From positions 1 to 10,787 of IMG/VR virus record IMGVR_UViG_2534681766_000003: a stretch of 10,787 nucleotides of DNA; one strand, given 5' to 3'. Both the position numbers and the translations under genes were made by a program. This stretch comes from a virus. Its lineage: Duplodnaviria; Heunggongvirae; Uroviricota; Caudoviricetes. Below, one piece after another: positions 1 to 7,549 of this stretch (positions within the stretch are counted from its first letter, which is position 1; each line of letters opens with the position of its first letter). A model generated the notes under the pieces. It was not told the origin of the DNA. It made no database searches and saw nothing but the letters and a program-made list of their open reading frames with translations.

Positions 1-662
1 CCCGGGAAGTGCGGCGCTTCCGTCTGAGTGGCCACGGTCACAGCATGGTTATCACTGACCTGCCCGGGGTGGGCGAGAGCCGGGACAGAGATGCAGAGTA
101 TGAAGCCCTGTACCGTGACATTCTGCCCGAACTGGACCTGGTGCTGTGGCTGATTAAAGCCGATGACCGCGCCCTGTCTGTGGATGAGTATTTCTGGCGA
201 CACATCCTGCACCGGGGACATCAGCAGGTGCTGTTTGTGGTGACGCAGGCCGACAAAACGGAGCCCTGCCATGAATGGGATATGGCCGGTATTCAGCCTT
301 CTCCCGCACAGGCACAGAATATTCGCGAAAAAACGGAGGCGGTATTCCGTCTGTTCCGGCCCGTACATCCGGTTGTGGCCGTATCGGCCCGCACCGGCTG
401 GGAACTGGATACGCTGGTCAGTGCGCTCATGACAGCGCTTCCCGACCATGCCGCCAGTCCCCTGATGACCCGCCTGCAGGACGAGCTGCGCACGGAATCT
501 GTCCGGTCTCAGGCCCGTGAACAGTTTACCGGTGCGGTGGACCGGATATTTGACACAGCGGAGAGCGTCTGTATTGCCTCTGTTGCACGCACGGTTCTGC
601 GTGCCGTCCGTGACTCGGTGGTCTCTGTTGCCCGCGCTGTATGGAACTGGATTTTCTTCTGA
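1..662 (+). CDS. YfjP/YkfA/YeeP-family GTPase (50S ribosome-binding GTPase-like), C-terminal part; 5' end lies upstream of the window
   Basis: Open frame runs from the window edge to the stop at 660-662. The translation (…VITDLPGVGESRDRDAEYEALYRDILPELDLVLWLIKADDRALSVDEYFWRHIL…VVTQADK…) carries a DxxG-type switch region and an xxxD-type guanine-specificity region, and resembles the YfjP/YkfA/YeeP GTPases of E. coli CP4-type cryptic prophages as I remember them. Which paralog it is cannot be told from this fragment. Confidence 0.8.
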   Translation, partial: REVRRFRLSGHGHSMVITDLPGVGESRDRDAEYEALYRDILPELDLVLWLIKADDRALSVDEYFWRHILHRGHQQVLFVVTQADKTEPCHEWDMAGIQPSPAQAQNIREKTEAVFRLFRPVHPVVAVSARTGWELDTLVSALMTALPDHAASPLMTRLQDELRTESVRSQAREQFTGAVDRIFDTAESVCIASVARTVLRAVRDSVVSVARAVWNWIFF

Positions 663-745
663 ACACTCTGCCAGGGGAAATGCCTGATTACATTGCGTTA
701 ACCAACTGAAAACATGACCCCCCCCCTCATACCCACCTCTTTCTC

Positions 746-774
746 TTGCGTGACCTCCCTGCTGTTAATAGAAT
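746..774 (+). promoter_or_regulatory. Putative sigma70 promoter (-35 TTGCGT 746-751, 17-bp spacer, -10 TAGAAT 769-774), with predicted start site at about 780-782
   Basis: Hexamers with consensus-like spacing, read by eye in the intergenic region between the GTPase gene and the DUF968-like gene. The predicted start falls on the first GATC of the downstream cluster. Confidence 0.3.
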
Positions 775-778
775 AAAA

Positions 779-823
779 CGATCGATAAAACAGGTATCGA
801 TCGTTACTATCGATCGTTTATAG
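779..823 (+). promoter_or_regulatory. GATC cluster in direct repeats (CGATCGAT / TATCGATCG x3); candidate Dam-methylation/OxyR-type phase-variation operator
   Basis: GATC at 780-783, 799-802 and 812-815, three sites in 36 bp against an expectation of about one per 256 bp. The octamer ATCGATCG or CGATCGAT occurs at 779-786, 796-803 and 809-816, and CTAT / TATAG half-site-like elements flank the third copy. The layout resembles the agn43 (flu) regulatory region, which lies downstream of yeeP in E. coli K-12. Confidence 0.4.
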
Positions 824-928
824 TGGTTAATGGTCTGCGAAAAGGCAGTTGAATCTCTTCATCATGCAGAACGGAATTGCACAAAACGGACTGATACTTC
901 TCTGGCGGATGAGAGAGGGGAAGCATTT

Positions 929-1354
929 ATGTCCGGGAAAAACCACTTTACCCGGGAAAGTGACCTTGTGCCTTCGGTTCCTGCCACCAGCATCATCCAG
1001 GATAAAGCGAAAAAGGTGCTGGCGCTGAAAGTGGATCCGGAGTCGCCGGAGTCTTTTATGTTACGCCCAAAACGTCGCCGCTGGGTTAATGAAAAGTACA
1101 CGCGCTGGGTTAAGACACAGCCGTGTGCATGTTGTGGAAAGCCTGCTGATGATCCCCACCACCTGATAGGTCACGGTCAGGGTGGAATGGGAACAAAAGC
1201 GCATGACCTCTTTGTGTTGCCTTTGTGCAGAAAGCATCACGACGAGCTGCATGCGGATACCGTGGCATTTGAAGAGATGTATGGCTCCCAGCTGGAGCTG
1301 ATATTTCGTTTTATCGATCGTGCGCTGGCGATCGGCGTAATTACGACAGCTTAA
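929..1354 (+). CDS. DUF968-like phage protein with a CxxC…HH…C…HH zinc-binding (HNH-like) motif
   Basis: Six-frame ORF 830..1354. I prefer the internal ATG at 929 (MSGKNHF…) because it follows a GAGAGAGGGGAA Shine-Dalgarno-like tract. The motif …CACCGKPADDPHHLIGHG…LPLCRKHHDELH matches my memory of DUF968 (YdfU-like) prophage proteins. The alternative start at 830 would give 174 aa. Confidence 0.6.
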   Translation: MSGKNHFTRESDLVPSVPATSIIQDKAKKVLALKVDPESPESFMLRPKRRRWVNEKYTRWVKTQPCACCGKPADDPHHLIGHGQGGMGTKAHDLFVLPLCRKHHDELHADTVAFEEMYGSQLELIFRFIDRALAIGVITTA

Positions 1355-2065
1355 GTGTATGGAGCGCTGAGAAGTATGAATCAACAAGACTTGAATTTTG
1401 TCAGAATAGAATTACGTCGTGCGCTGTTTGACTTCTCTGGGGGGACAAAAGGGCAGCTTGAGGCTTTCACTGAACACCCACCAGCAGACAAAAATGCCAC
1501 TCCACGCCGTGGAATTCATCTTGTCGAACTCGAAGGTGATAAGGGACCACGCTTTGTTAACTCGCTTTCCGCGCCATTGTACGTGCAAGAAACACGTAGC
1601 CGCCCCAGGCCAATGCCGCCGATAAAAGATGTAGAATTTGAGTCCGCGCCGTGGCGTAGGGCAGTGTCCGCGCTTAGTGGATACCAGCAGGCTTGGTTGC
1701 GGTACTGTTACGGTTTTGACCTTAACTATACGCACCAGGTGATGATGTGTGAATACGTCTGGAAGGCTTATCAGAAATGCTTGGGTGAAAACTCACTTCA
1801 GGAGCGCGTAGTAAAAAAACTAATAGGCCTAGTATGGCTTGCAGGACAGGAAATTGCTGCAACCCGAAACAATGAAACCTATAAAGACTACGCTGGTGCG
1901 GCGCTGGCCCGTATGGTTAGCGTTGACCGTTCGACATGGTTGCGCGTCTATTCAGGCCACTGGGCTGGGTTAAAGGCCGCTTTTACCCAGCTTGATGAGT
2001 CTGCGCTGGCCATGGCTCTTGAATACTATGAGGATGAAGAAGCTCTCAAAGTGGGAGAAATATGA
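1355..2065 (+). CDS. Probable phage antitermination protein Q-like late regulator (QuuQ / phage-82 Q type)
   Basis: 236-aa ORF. Its GTG start at 1355 abuts the DUF968-like stop at 1352-1354; an alternative ATG at 1376 (MNQQDLNF…) is equally plausible. Size and position match Q-like antiterminators of lambdoid prophages: it follows a DUF968 gene as quuQ neighbours ydfU in Qin, and is followed by a promoter-like stretch plus a terminator and then a moron. The family assignment is from memory, not a search. Confidence 0.45.
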   Translation: MYGALRSMNQQDLNFVRIELRRALFDFSGGTKGQLEAFTEHPPADKNATPRRGIHLVELEGDKGPRFVNSLSAPLYVQETRSRPRPMPPIKDVEFESAPWRRAVSALSGYQQAWLRYCYGFDLNYTHQVMMCEYVWKAYQKCLGENSLQERVVKKLIGLVWLAGQEIAATRNNETYKDYAGAALARMVSVDRSTWLRVYSGHWAGLKAAFTQLDESALAMALEYYEDEEALKVGEI

Positions 2066-2160
2066 CGTAAATTTCACTATCTCCTTCAAACGCGCTTGCA
2101 AAATACAACAAAATAAGCCATATTGGAAGCATATTTGATATGTTGCCAAAGTTTTATAAC

Positions 2161-2183
2161 CCCGCCGACGAGCGGGTTTTTTG
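2161..2183 (+). terminator. Intrinsic (Rho-independent) terminator, tR'-like
   Basis: CCCGC (2161-2165), loop CGACGA, GCGGG (2172-2176), followed by T6 (2177-2182). It lies about 95 nt downstream of the Q-like stop. Confidence 0.55.
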
Positions 2184-2258
2184 ATATGCGACATAACCTA
2201 TAACATTTTTTATAAAATAAAATATAATTGCTTTACCATTATCCTGTGAGTTGAGCAA

Positions 2259-3044
2259 ATGTATATATTTGAATTGACCAAACCTGGCAACTGGCTTGAA
2301 AGTGAAGACAAAGAGTGGTCTTGGAAAATAGAACGGCTTTTGGACCATCTTGAATTTGCATTTTATGAGGCTAATGTTGCATTAAATTTATTTATGCAGC
2401 AGCAAAACAATCAAATAGAACAACAAGGGGTTTCGCAATTGCAATGGGAAAAAGAAATGCAAGAACGAAGAACCATCGAAACACTAGTTCGTGAGGAGTT
2501 AGGTTTATCCCCTTTTGAGAATCCTGAAAACATACAATTTGAGGTGGACGCGAGGTTTAAACGAGAAAAGTGGAGTTCTGGTGAAATTCCACGTAGCCAC
2601 AAACATTGTGTGATTTTTATTTATGCAAAATCTTTTCTTTATTCTCTTGATACTATTGATAAATTTATAAAGGTTATTTCGAATGAACCTTATGCTCCTG
2701 AGTCGATAAAAGCCCTACACGATCAGATAGGTAAAGATTTTCCTGATCTCAGAGGGGTTAGGAATTCAACTCAACACCTCGAAGATAGGGCTCGAGGGCT
2801 TGGCGCAGGGAGAGAACCGAAGCCTTTGAATCTCCAGCCTATAAGTAATACCTTCATAAATGCACCGCAAGGTGCTTTGATATTAAATAATCTGAATGGC
2901 ACCAAATTCGGGTCAACTATGTCTGATGGTCACTATGGTGAAGTGGACATTTCACCTGAATCGTTATCAAAAATGCAAAGTATTGTTCAGGGCGTACTTG
3001 ACTCGTTTAAGTGGGTTGGTAATCAGCAACACTTACCAAGTTAA
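2259..3044 (+). CDS. Hypothetical protein, 261 aa, strongly AT-rich moron of unknown function (candidate defence / abortive-infection / toxin gene)
   Basis: Long intact ORF in a block (about 2070-3130) whose base composition is visibly AT-rich against GC-rich flanks. A TATAAT -10 box sits at 2223-2228 in an A/T-rich upstream tract. A terminator precedes it at 2161-2183 and another follows at 3068-3090. I recognise no family; it has no Walker or HNH motif and a single R-x4-H (RNSTQH). Confidence 0.7.
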   Translation: MYIFELTKPGNWLESEDKEWSWKIERLLDHLEFAFYEANVALNLFMQQQNNQIEQQGVSQLQWEKEMQERRTIETLVREELGLSPFENPENIQFEVDARFKREKWSSGEIPRSHKHCVIFIYAKSFLYSLDTIDKFIKVISNEPYAPESIKALHDQIGKDFPDLRGVRNSTQHLEDRARGLGAGREPKPLNLQPISNTFINAPQGALILNNLNGTKFGSTMSDGHYGEVDISPESLSKMQSIVQGVLDSFKWVGNQQHLPS

Positions 3045-3067
3045 CTAAACTTAATTATTCATATTAA

Positions 3068-3090
3068 GGCTGCCATATGGCGGCCTTTTT
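3068..3090 (+). terminator. Intrinsic terminator downstream of the AT-rich gene
   Basis: GGCTGCC (3068-3074), loop ATAT, GGCGGCC (3079-3085): a 7-bp stem with one G.U pair, followed by T5 (3086-3090). Confidence 0.6.
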
Positions 3091-3137
3091 ATTCCCTTCA
3101 CTTTTGAGAGGATTCACAGCAATTAAGAGGGGGCTAA

Positions 3138-3524
3138 ATGTCCGATCCGATTTCCGGCACAGGGTTAGCTGCTGGAGTCCTGACAGGCGCTAGTGTTTAT
3201 GGACTGCTGACCGGAACTGATTACGGTGTTGTATTTGGCGCATTTGCAGGGGCTGTATTCTACATCGCAACAGCAGCAGATCTGAGTTTATCGCGTCGAC
3301 TGGCATATTTTATCGTGTCGTATATTGCCGGAATCCTTTGCTCTGGGTTGGTTGGCTCCAAGCTGGCAAACTTGACCGGATACAGTGATAAACCTCTGGA
3401 TGCTATTGGTGCCGTAATCGTCTCTGCTTTAGCCGTTAAAATCCTGACGTTTCTGAATAACCAGGATATCGGTTCGCTGGTGGCGCTTATAACGCGCCGG
3501 GGAGGTTCAGGTGGAGCTAAATGA
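3138..3524 (+). CDS. Gly/Ala-rich multi-pass membrane protein (about 4 TM), possibly holin-like
   Basis: 128-aa ORF with a strong AGAGGGGG Shine-Dalgarno sequence before the ATG. It has four hydrophobic stretches (GLAAGVLTGASVYGLL, VVFGAFAGAVFYIATAA, LAYFIVSYIAGILCSGLVG, AIGAVIVSALAVKILTFL) and a charged C-terminus. It sits where lambdoid phages place lysis genes, immediately before HNH/terminase. Its composition matches the phage backbone, not the moron. No endolysin gene follows. Confidence 0.55.
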   Translation: MSDPISGTGLAAGVLTGASVYGLLTGTDYGVVFGAFAGAVFYIATAADLSLSRRLAYFIVSYIAGILCSGLVGSKLANLTGYSDKPLDAIGAVIVSALAVKILTFLNNQDIGSLVALITRRGGSGGAK

Positions 3525-3541
3525 CCCGACAGCAACTATAA

Positions 3542-3763
3542 ATGCGCTGTTACGGAACAAAGTGGGAAGTCATCCGGGAGCGGATACTTAAGCGCGACAA
3601 AGGGCTGTGTCAGAACCATCTACGGCAGGCGATAGTGAAGCAGGCGTCCTGCGTGGACCACATCAAGGCGAAGGCCCACGGCGGTACTGATGAAGACAGC
3701 AACCTTGAAAGCCTGTGCTGGTCGTGTCACGCAGCGAAGACCGCGCGTGAGCGGCTCAAGTGA
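3542..3763 (+). CDS. HNH endonuclease (phage packaging-associated)
   Basis: 73-aa ORF with an HNH signature: …RDKGLCQNH…VDHIKAKAHGGTDEDSNLESLCWSCHAAK… It lies immediately upstream of the terminase small subunit, as in HK97-like phages. An in-frame stop at 3539-3541 fixes the start at 3542; there is no obvious Shine-Dalgarno sequence. Confidence 0.75.
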   Translation: MRCYGTKWEVIRERILKRDKGLCQNHLRQAIVKQASCVDHIKAKAHGGTDEDSNLESLCWSCHAAKTARERLK

Positions 3764-3889
3764 TAATTAATGTCATCATCAGACTGGGGAGGGGGAGGTC
3801 AAATCTCTGCGACCGCGCGCCTTCCGGACTGCCCGCCCCATCGTTTTTTTATACCCGCGAAAAATGAAATTTAACCAGGAGTGCCGCAT

Positions 3890-4384
3890 ATGGCTGGAAC
3901 GGCGGGGCGTTCCGGGCGTCGCCCCAAGCCAACGGCGCGCAAGGCGCTGGCCGGAAACCCCGGCAAGCGAGCCCTGAACAAAGATGAACCTGTTTTTACG
4001 CCCATCAAAGGTGTTGAGCCACCGGAGTGGTTCGCTGAAGAAGATCTCCCTCTCGCCACGATCATGTGGCAACTGACAACCAAAGAACTCTGCGGTCAGG
4101 GCCTGCTGTGCGTGACTGACCTCGCGGTGCTTGAGCGGTGGTGCGTGGCCTATGAGTTCTGGCGACGTGCTGTGAAAAATATTGCCATACAGGGCAACAC
4201 CATCACCGGCGCAATGGGCGGCAGGGTCAAAAATCCGGAGCTGACAGCCAAAAAAGAACAGGAGTCCGAGATGAGCAGCACGGGGGCAATGCTCGGACTC
4301 GACCCCAGCAGCCGCCAGCGTCTGATTGGCCTGGCGGGGCAGAAGAAAGCCACTAACCCGTTTCTGAAAATTATCGAATCATGA
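3890..4384 (+). CDS. Terminase small subunit, P27 family
   Basis: The N-terminus [34 protein letters not shown] matches the P27-family TerS signature (…GNPGKRPLN…). AGGAG lies 8 nt upstream of the ATG at 3890. The stop overlaps the TerL start (ATGA at 4381-4384). Confidence 0.85.
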   Translation: MAGTAGRSGRRPKPTARKALAGNPGKRALNKDEPVFTPIKGVEPPEWFAEEDLPLATIMWQLTTKELCGQGLLCVTDLAVLERWCVAYEFWRRAVKNIAIQGNTITGAMGGRVKNPELTAKKEQESEMSSTGAMLGLDPSSRQRLIGLAGQKKATNPFLKIIES

Positions 4385-6114
4385 GCCGGAAATCTTACCC
4401 CAACGTAAATGCTGCAAATCAGTATGCCCGGGATGTCGTGCGCGGAAAGATTGTTGCCTGCCAGTTTGTGATTCAGGCCTGCCAGCGCCATCTTGATGAC
4501 CTGATGGCGGAAAAAAGTAAGTCGTTTCGTTACCGCTTCGACAAGGACCTGGCTGAACGGGCCGCCAAATTTATTCAGCTGTTACCGCATACCAAGGGGG
4601 AATGGGCATTCAAGCGGATGCCCATCACGCTGGAGCCGTGGCAGCTCTTTGTGATCTGCTGTGCGTTTGGCTGGGTCTATAAAGGTACCCGGCTGCGCCG
4701 CTTCCGTGAGGTGTATACCGAAATCCCCCGTAAGAACGGCAAATCGGCAATCTCTGCCGGTGTCGCCCTGTATTGTTTTGCCTGTGATAACGAGTTCGGT
4801 GCGGAAGTGTATTCCGGTGCCACGACGGAGAAACAGGCATGGGAAGTCTTTCGTCCGGCACGACTGATGTGTAAACGCACACCCATGCTGACGGAAGCGT
4901 TCGGGATTGAGGTTAACGCCTCAAACATGAACCGTCCGGAGGATGGTGCGCGGTTTGAACCGCTGATCGGTAACCCCGGTGATGGTTCATCACCCCACTG
5001 TGCCGTGGTGGATGAATATCACGAGCACGCCACAGATGCGCTTTACACCACAATGCTTACCGGGATGGGGGCGCGACGCCAGCCACTGATGTGGGCTATC
5101 ACCACCGCCGGGTACAACATTGAGGGGCCGTGCTACGACAAGCGGCGGGAAGTTATCGAGATGCTCAATGGCTCGGTTCCCAACGATGAACTGTTCGGGA
5201 TCATCTATACCGTTGATGAAGGTGACGACTGGACCGACCCGCAGGTGCTGGAAAAAGCCAATCCAAATATTGGCGTGTCGGTTTATCGCGAATTTTTGTT
5301 AAGTCAGCAGCAGCGTGCGAAAAATAATGCCCGTCTGGCAAACGTCTTTAAAACAAAACACCTCAATATCTGGGTGTCGGCGCGTTCGGCGTATTTCAAC
5401 CTGGTGAGCTGGCAGAGCTGCGAGGATAAATCACTGACCCTTGAGCAGTTCGAGGGGCAGCCGTGCATTCTGGCCTTTGACCTGGCGCGTAAGCTGGATA
5501 TGAACAGCATGGCGCGACTTTATACCCGCGAGATTGACGGTAAAACGCATTACTACAGTGTGGCCCCGCGTTTCTGGGTACCGTATGACACGGTGTATAG
5601 CGTCGAGAAAAATGAAGATCGCCGGACAGCCGAACGCTTTCAGAAATGGGTGGAAATGGGCGTCCTGACCGTTACCGATGGTGCAGAGGTGGATTATCGC
5701 TACATCCTCGAAGAGGCCAAAGCGGCGAACAAAATCAGCCCGGTCAGCGAGTCACCCATCGACCCCTTCGGGGCGACCGGGTTGTCACATGACCTTGCTG
5801 ATGAAGACCTGAACCCCGTCACCATTATTCAGAACTACACCAACATGTCCGACCCGATGAAAGAGCTGGAAGCGGCAATTGAATCGGGGCGCTTTCATCA
5901 TGATGGCAATCCCATCATGACCTGGTGTATCGGCAACGTGGTCGGAAAAACCATTCCGGGTAACGATGATGTGGTGAAACCCGTCAAAGAGCAGGCAGAA
6001 AACAAAATCGATGGTGCAGTTGCGCTGATTATGGCGGTTGGCAGAGCCATGCTGTACGAGAAAGAAGACACGCTGTCTGACCACATTGAGTCCTACGGGA
6101 TCCGCTCGCTTTAA
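4381..6114 (+). CDS. Terminase large subunit (HK97-like)
   Basis: 577-aa ORF with a Walker A-like motif ([11 protein letters not shown]) and a Walker B-like motif ([10 protein letters not shown]), with size and position typical of TerL. Translationally coupled to TerS. Confidence 0.9.
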   Translation: MSRKSYPNVNAANQYARDVVRGKIVACQFVIQACQRHLDDLMAEKSKSFRYRFDKDLAERAAKFIQLLPHTKGEWAFKRMPITLEPWQLFVICCAFGWVYKGTRLRRFREVYTEIPRKNGKSAISAGVALYCFACDNEFGAEVYSGATTEKQAWEVFRPARLMCKRTPMLTEAFGIEVNASNMNRPEDGARFEPLIGNPGDGSSPHCAVVDEYHEHATDALYTTMLTGMGARRQPLMWAITTAGYNIEGPCYDKRREVIEMLNGSVPNDELFGIIYTVDEGDDWTDPQVLEKANPNIGVSVYREFLLSQQQRAKNNARLANVFKTKHLNIWVSARSAYFNLVSWQSCEDKSLTLEQFEGQPCILAFDLARKLDMNSMARLYTREIDGKTHYYSVAPRFWVPYDTVYSVEKNEDRRTAERFQKWVEMGVLTVTDGAEVDYRYILEEAKAANKISPVSESPIDPFGATGLSHDLADEDLNPVTIIQNYTNMSDPMKELEAAIESGRFHHDGNPIMTWCIGNVVGKTIPGNDDVVKPVKEQAENKIDGAVALIMAVGRAMLYEKEDTLSDHIESYGIRSL

Positions 6115-6125
6115 CTGAGGTAATT

Positions 6126-6308
6126 ATGATCATGCTGATTCTCGCGCCTCTGGTAGGTGTGCTGGGGGCGCTTTTGCTGGCGTATGGTGCCTGGCTGATT
6201 TATCCCCCGGTGGGTTTTGTTGTTGCCGGGGTGTTGTGCCTGTTCTGGTCGTGGCTGGTGGCGCGATATCTCGACCGTACACAGCAGTCTGTCGGCGGAG
6301 GTAAATAG
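6126..6308 (+). CDS. Small hydrophobic membrane protein (60 aa) between TerL and portal
   Basis: GAGG Shine-Dalgarno before the ATG at 6126. Two predicted TM helices. Its stop TAG (6306-6308) overlaps the portal GTG start (6308-6310), suggesting coupling. Confidence 0.5.
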   Translation: MIMLILAPLVGVLGALLLAYGAWLIYPPVGFVVAGVLCLFWSWLVARYLDRTQQSVGGGK

Positions 6309-7549
6309 TGTTCTTTTCGGGATTATTTCAACGAAAAAGTGACGCACCGGTGACCACGCCCGCAGAGCTGGCGGATGCTATCGGGTTGTCCTACGACACC
6401 TATACCGGAAAGCAGATCAGCAGTCAGCGGGCCATGCGACTGACGGCGGTTTTTTCCTGCGTCAGAGTGCTGGCAGAGTCGGTCGGGATGTTGCCCTGCA
6501 ATCTGTATCACCTGAACGGCAGCCTTAAACAGAGAGCCACCGGCGAACGTCTGCATAAGCTGATCTCCACGCATCCCAATGGCTATATGACGCCGCAGGA
6601 GTTCTGGGAGCTGGTGGTCACCTGTCTGTGCCTGAGGGGAAACTTTTACGCCTACAAAGTGAAAGCATTTGGCGAAGTGGCTGAACTGCTGCCCGTCGAT
6701 CCCGGCTGTGTGGTACCGAAGCTTAACAGTAGCTGGGAGCCGGTCTATCAGGTCACATTCCCGGACGGCTCAACGGATGTGCTGACCCAGGAGGATATCT
6801 GGCATGTGCGCACGCTGACGCTGGACGGTCTGGTGGGACTGAATCCCATCGCCTATGCCCGCGAGGCAATATCGCTGGCAGCAGCGACTGAAGAGCACGG
6901 TGCCAGACTGTTCAGCAATGGCGCGGTGACGTCCGGTGTGTTGCGTACAGAACAGACGCTGTCGGATCAGGCTTATGAGCGCCTGAAGAAAGATTTTGAG
7001 GAGCGTCACACCGGGCTTGGCAATGCTCACCGTCCGATGATCCTTGAGATGGGGCTGGACTGGAAGTCGATGGCATTGAACGCCGAGGATAGCCAGTTCC
7101 TGGAAACCCGCAAGTTTCAGCTTGAAGAAATCTGTCGTCTGTTCCGTGTGCCCTTGCACATGGTGCAGAACACCGATCGTGCCACCTTCAACAATATCGA
7201 AGAGCTGGGGCTGGGATTTATCAACTATTCACTGGTGCCGTATCTGACCCGCATCGAACAGCGGATCAACACCGGACTGGTACGAAAAAGTAAGCAGGGC
7301 GTTTATTACGCCAAATTTAACGCCGGGGCGTTACTGCGCGGGGATATGAAGTCCCGTTTTGAAGCCTACGCCACCGGGATCAACTGGGGAATTTACTCTC
7401 CCAATGACTGCCGCGACCTGGAAGATATGAATCCGCGTCCCGGTGGTGATGTCTATCTCACACCGATGAACATGACCACGAAACCCTCCGATGGCAGTAA
7501 AGCCGGTAAGCAGAAGGATAACGCCAATGCAGACGAAACAACGTCTTGA
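6308..7549 (+). CDS. Phage portal protein, HK97 family
   Basis: 413-aa ORF with a GTG start preceded by GGAGG (6297-6301). N-terminus MFFSGLFQRK…; size and placement between TerL and the prohead protease fit HK97-type portals. Confidence 0.9.
   Translation: MFFSGLFQRKSDAPVTTPAELADAIGLSYDTYTGKQISSQRAMRLTAVFSCVRVLAESVGMLPCNLYHLNGSLKQRATGERLHKLISTHPNGYMTPQEFWELVVTCLCLRGNFYAYKVKAFGEVAELLPVDPGCVVPKLNSSWEPVYQVTFPDGSTDVLTQEDIWHVRTLTLDGLVGLNPIAYAREAISLAAATEEHGARLFSNGAVTSGVLRTEQTLSDQAYERLKKDFEERHTGLGNAHRPMILEMGLDWKSMALNAEDSQFLETRKFQLEEICRLFRVPLHMVQNTDRATFNNIEELGLGFINYSLVPYLTRIEQRINTGLVRKSKQGVYYAKFNAGALLRGDMKSRFEAYATGINWGIYSPNDCRDLEDMNPRPGGDVYLTPMNMTTKPSDGSKAGKQKDNANADETTS

Noticed and set aside
275-520. 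Two ORFs (275..520 + and 293..493 -) overlapping the GTPase gene
   Set aside because: They lie wholly inside a well-supported coding frame and have Arg/Ser/Gly/Pro-rich translations typical of off-frame reads of GC-rich coding DNA.
830-928. Upstream extension of the DUF968-like ORF to the ATG at 830
   Set aside because: That start would sit only 15 bp after the GATC cluster and has no Shine-Dalgarno sequence, whereas the ATG at 929 follows a purine-rich ribosome-binding site. It stays possible as an alternative.
862-1735. Minus-strand ORFs (862..1101, 1061..1387, 1412..1735) and the + ORF 1419..1625 overlapping the DUF968-like and Q-like genes
   Set aside because: They overlap longer + strand ORFs that carry recognisable motifs or start signals, and have no start signals or family resemblance of their own.
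1970-2348. Minus-strand ORFs 1970..2194 and 2154..2348 across the AT-rich intergenic region
   Set aside because: They are low-complexity translations of A/T-rich DNA spanning a + strand terminator and promoter-like region; I read them as stop-codon-poor artefacts of AT-rich sequence.
2259-3044. Assigning the AT-rich protein to a named defence family (Abi_2/AbiD-F, HEPN RNase, etc.)
   Set aside because: The only support is one R-x4-H motif, which occurs by chance often, and I cannot run a profile search. I left it as unknown function, not as a guessed family.
3779-4083. Minus-strand ORFs 3779..4072 and 3871..4083 over the HNH-TerS intergenic region and TerS 5' end
   Set aside because: They are antisense to the well-supported P27-family TerS gene and have Arg/Gly-rich composition typical of GC-rich antisense frames.
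4150-6086. Several short ORFs on both strands inside the TerL gene (e.g. 4150..4491 -, 4625..4882 -, 5120..5302 +, 5785..6084 -)
   Set aside because: All are embedded in the 577-aa terminase large subunit ORF, which has clear Walker motifs; none has independent support.
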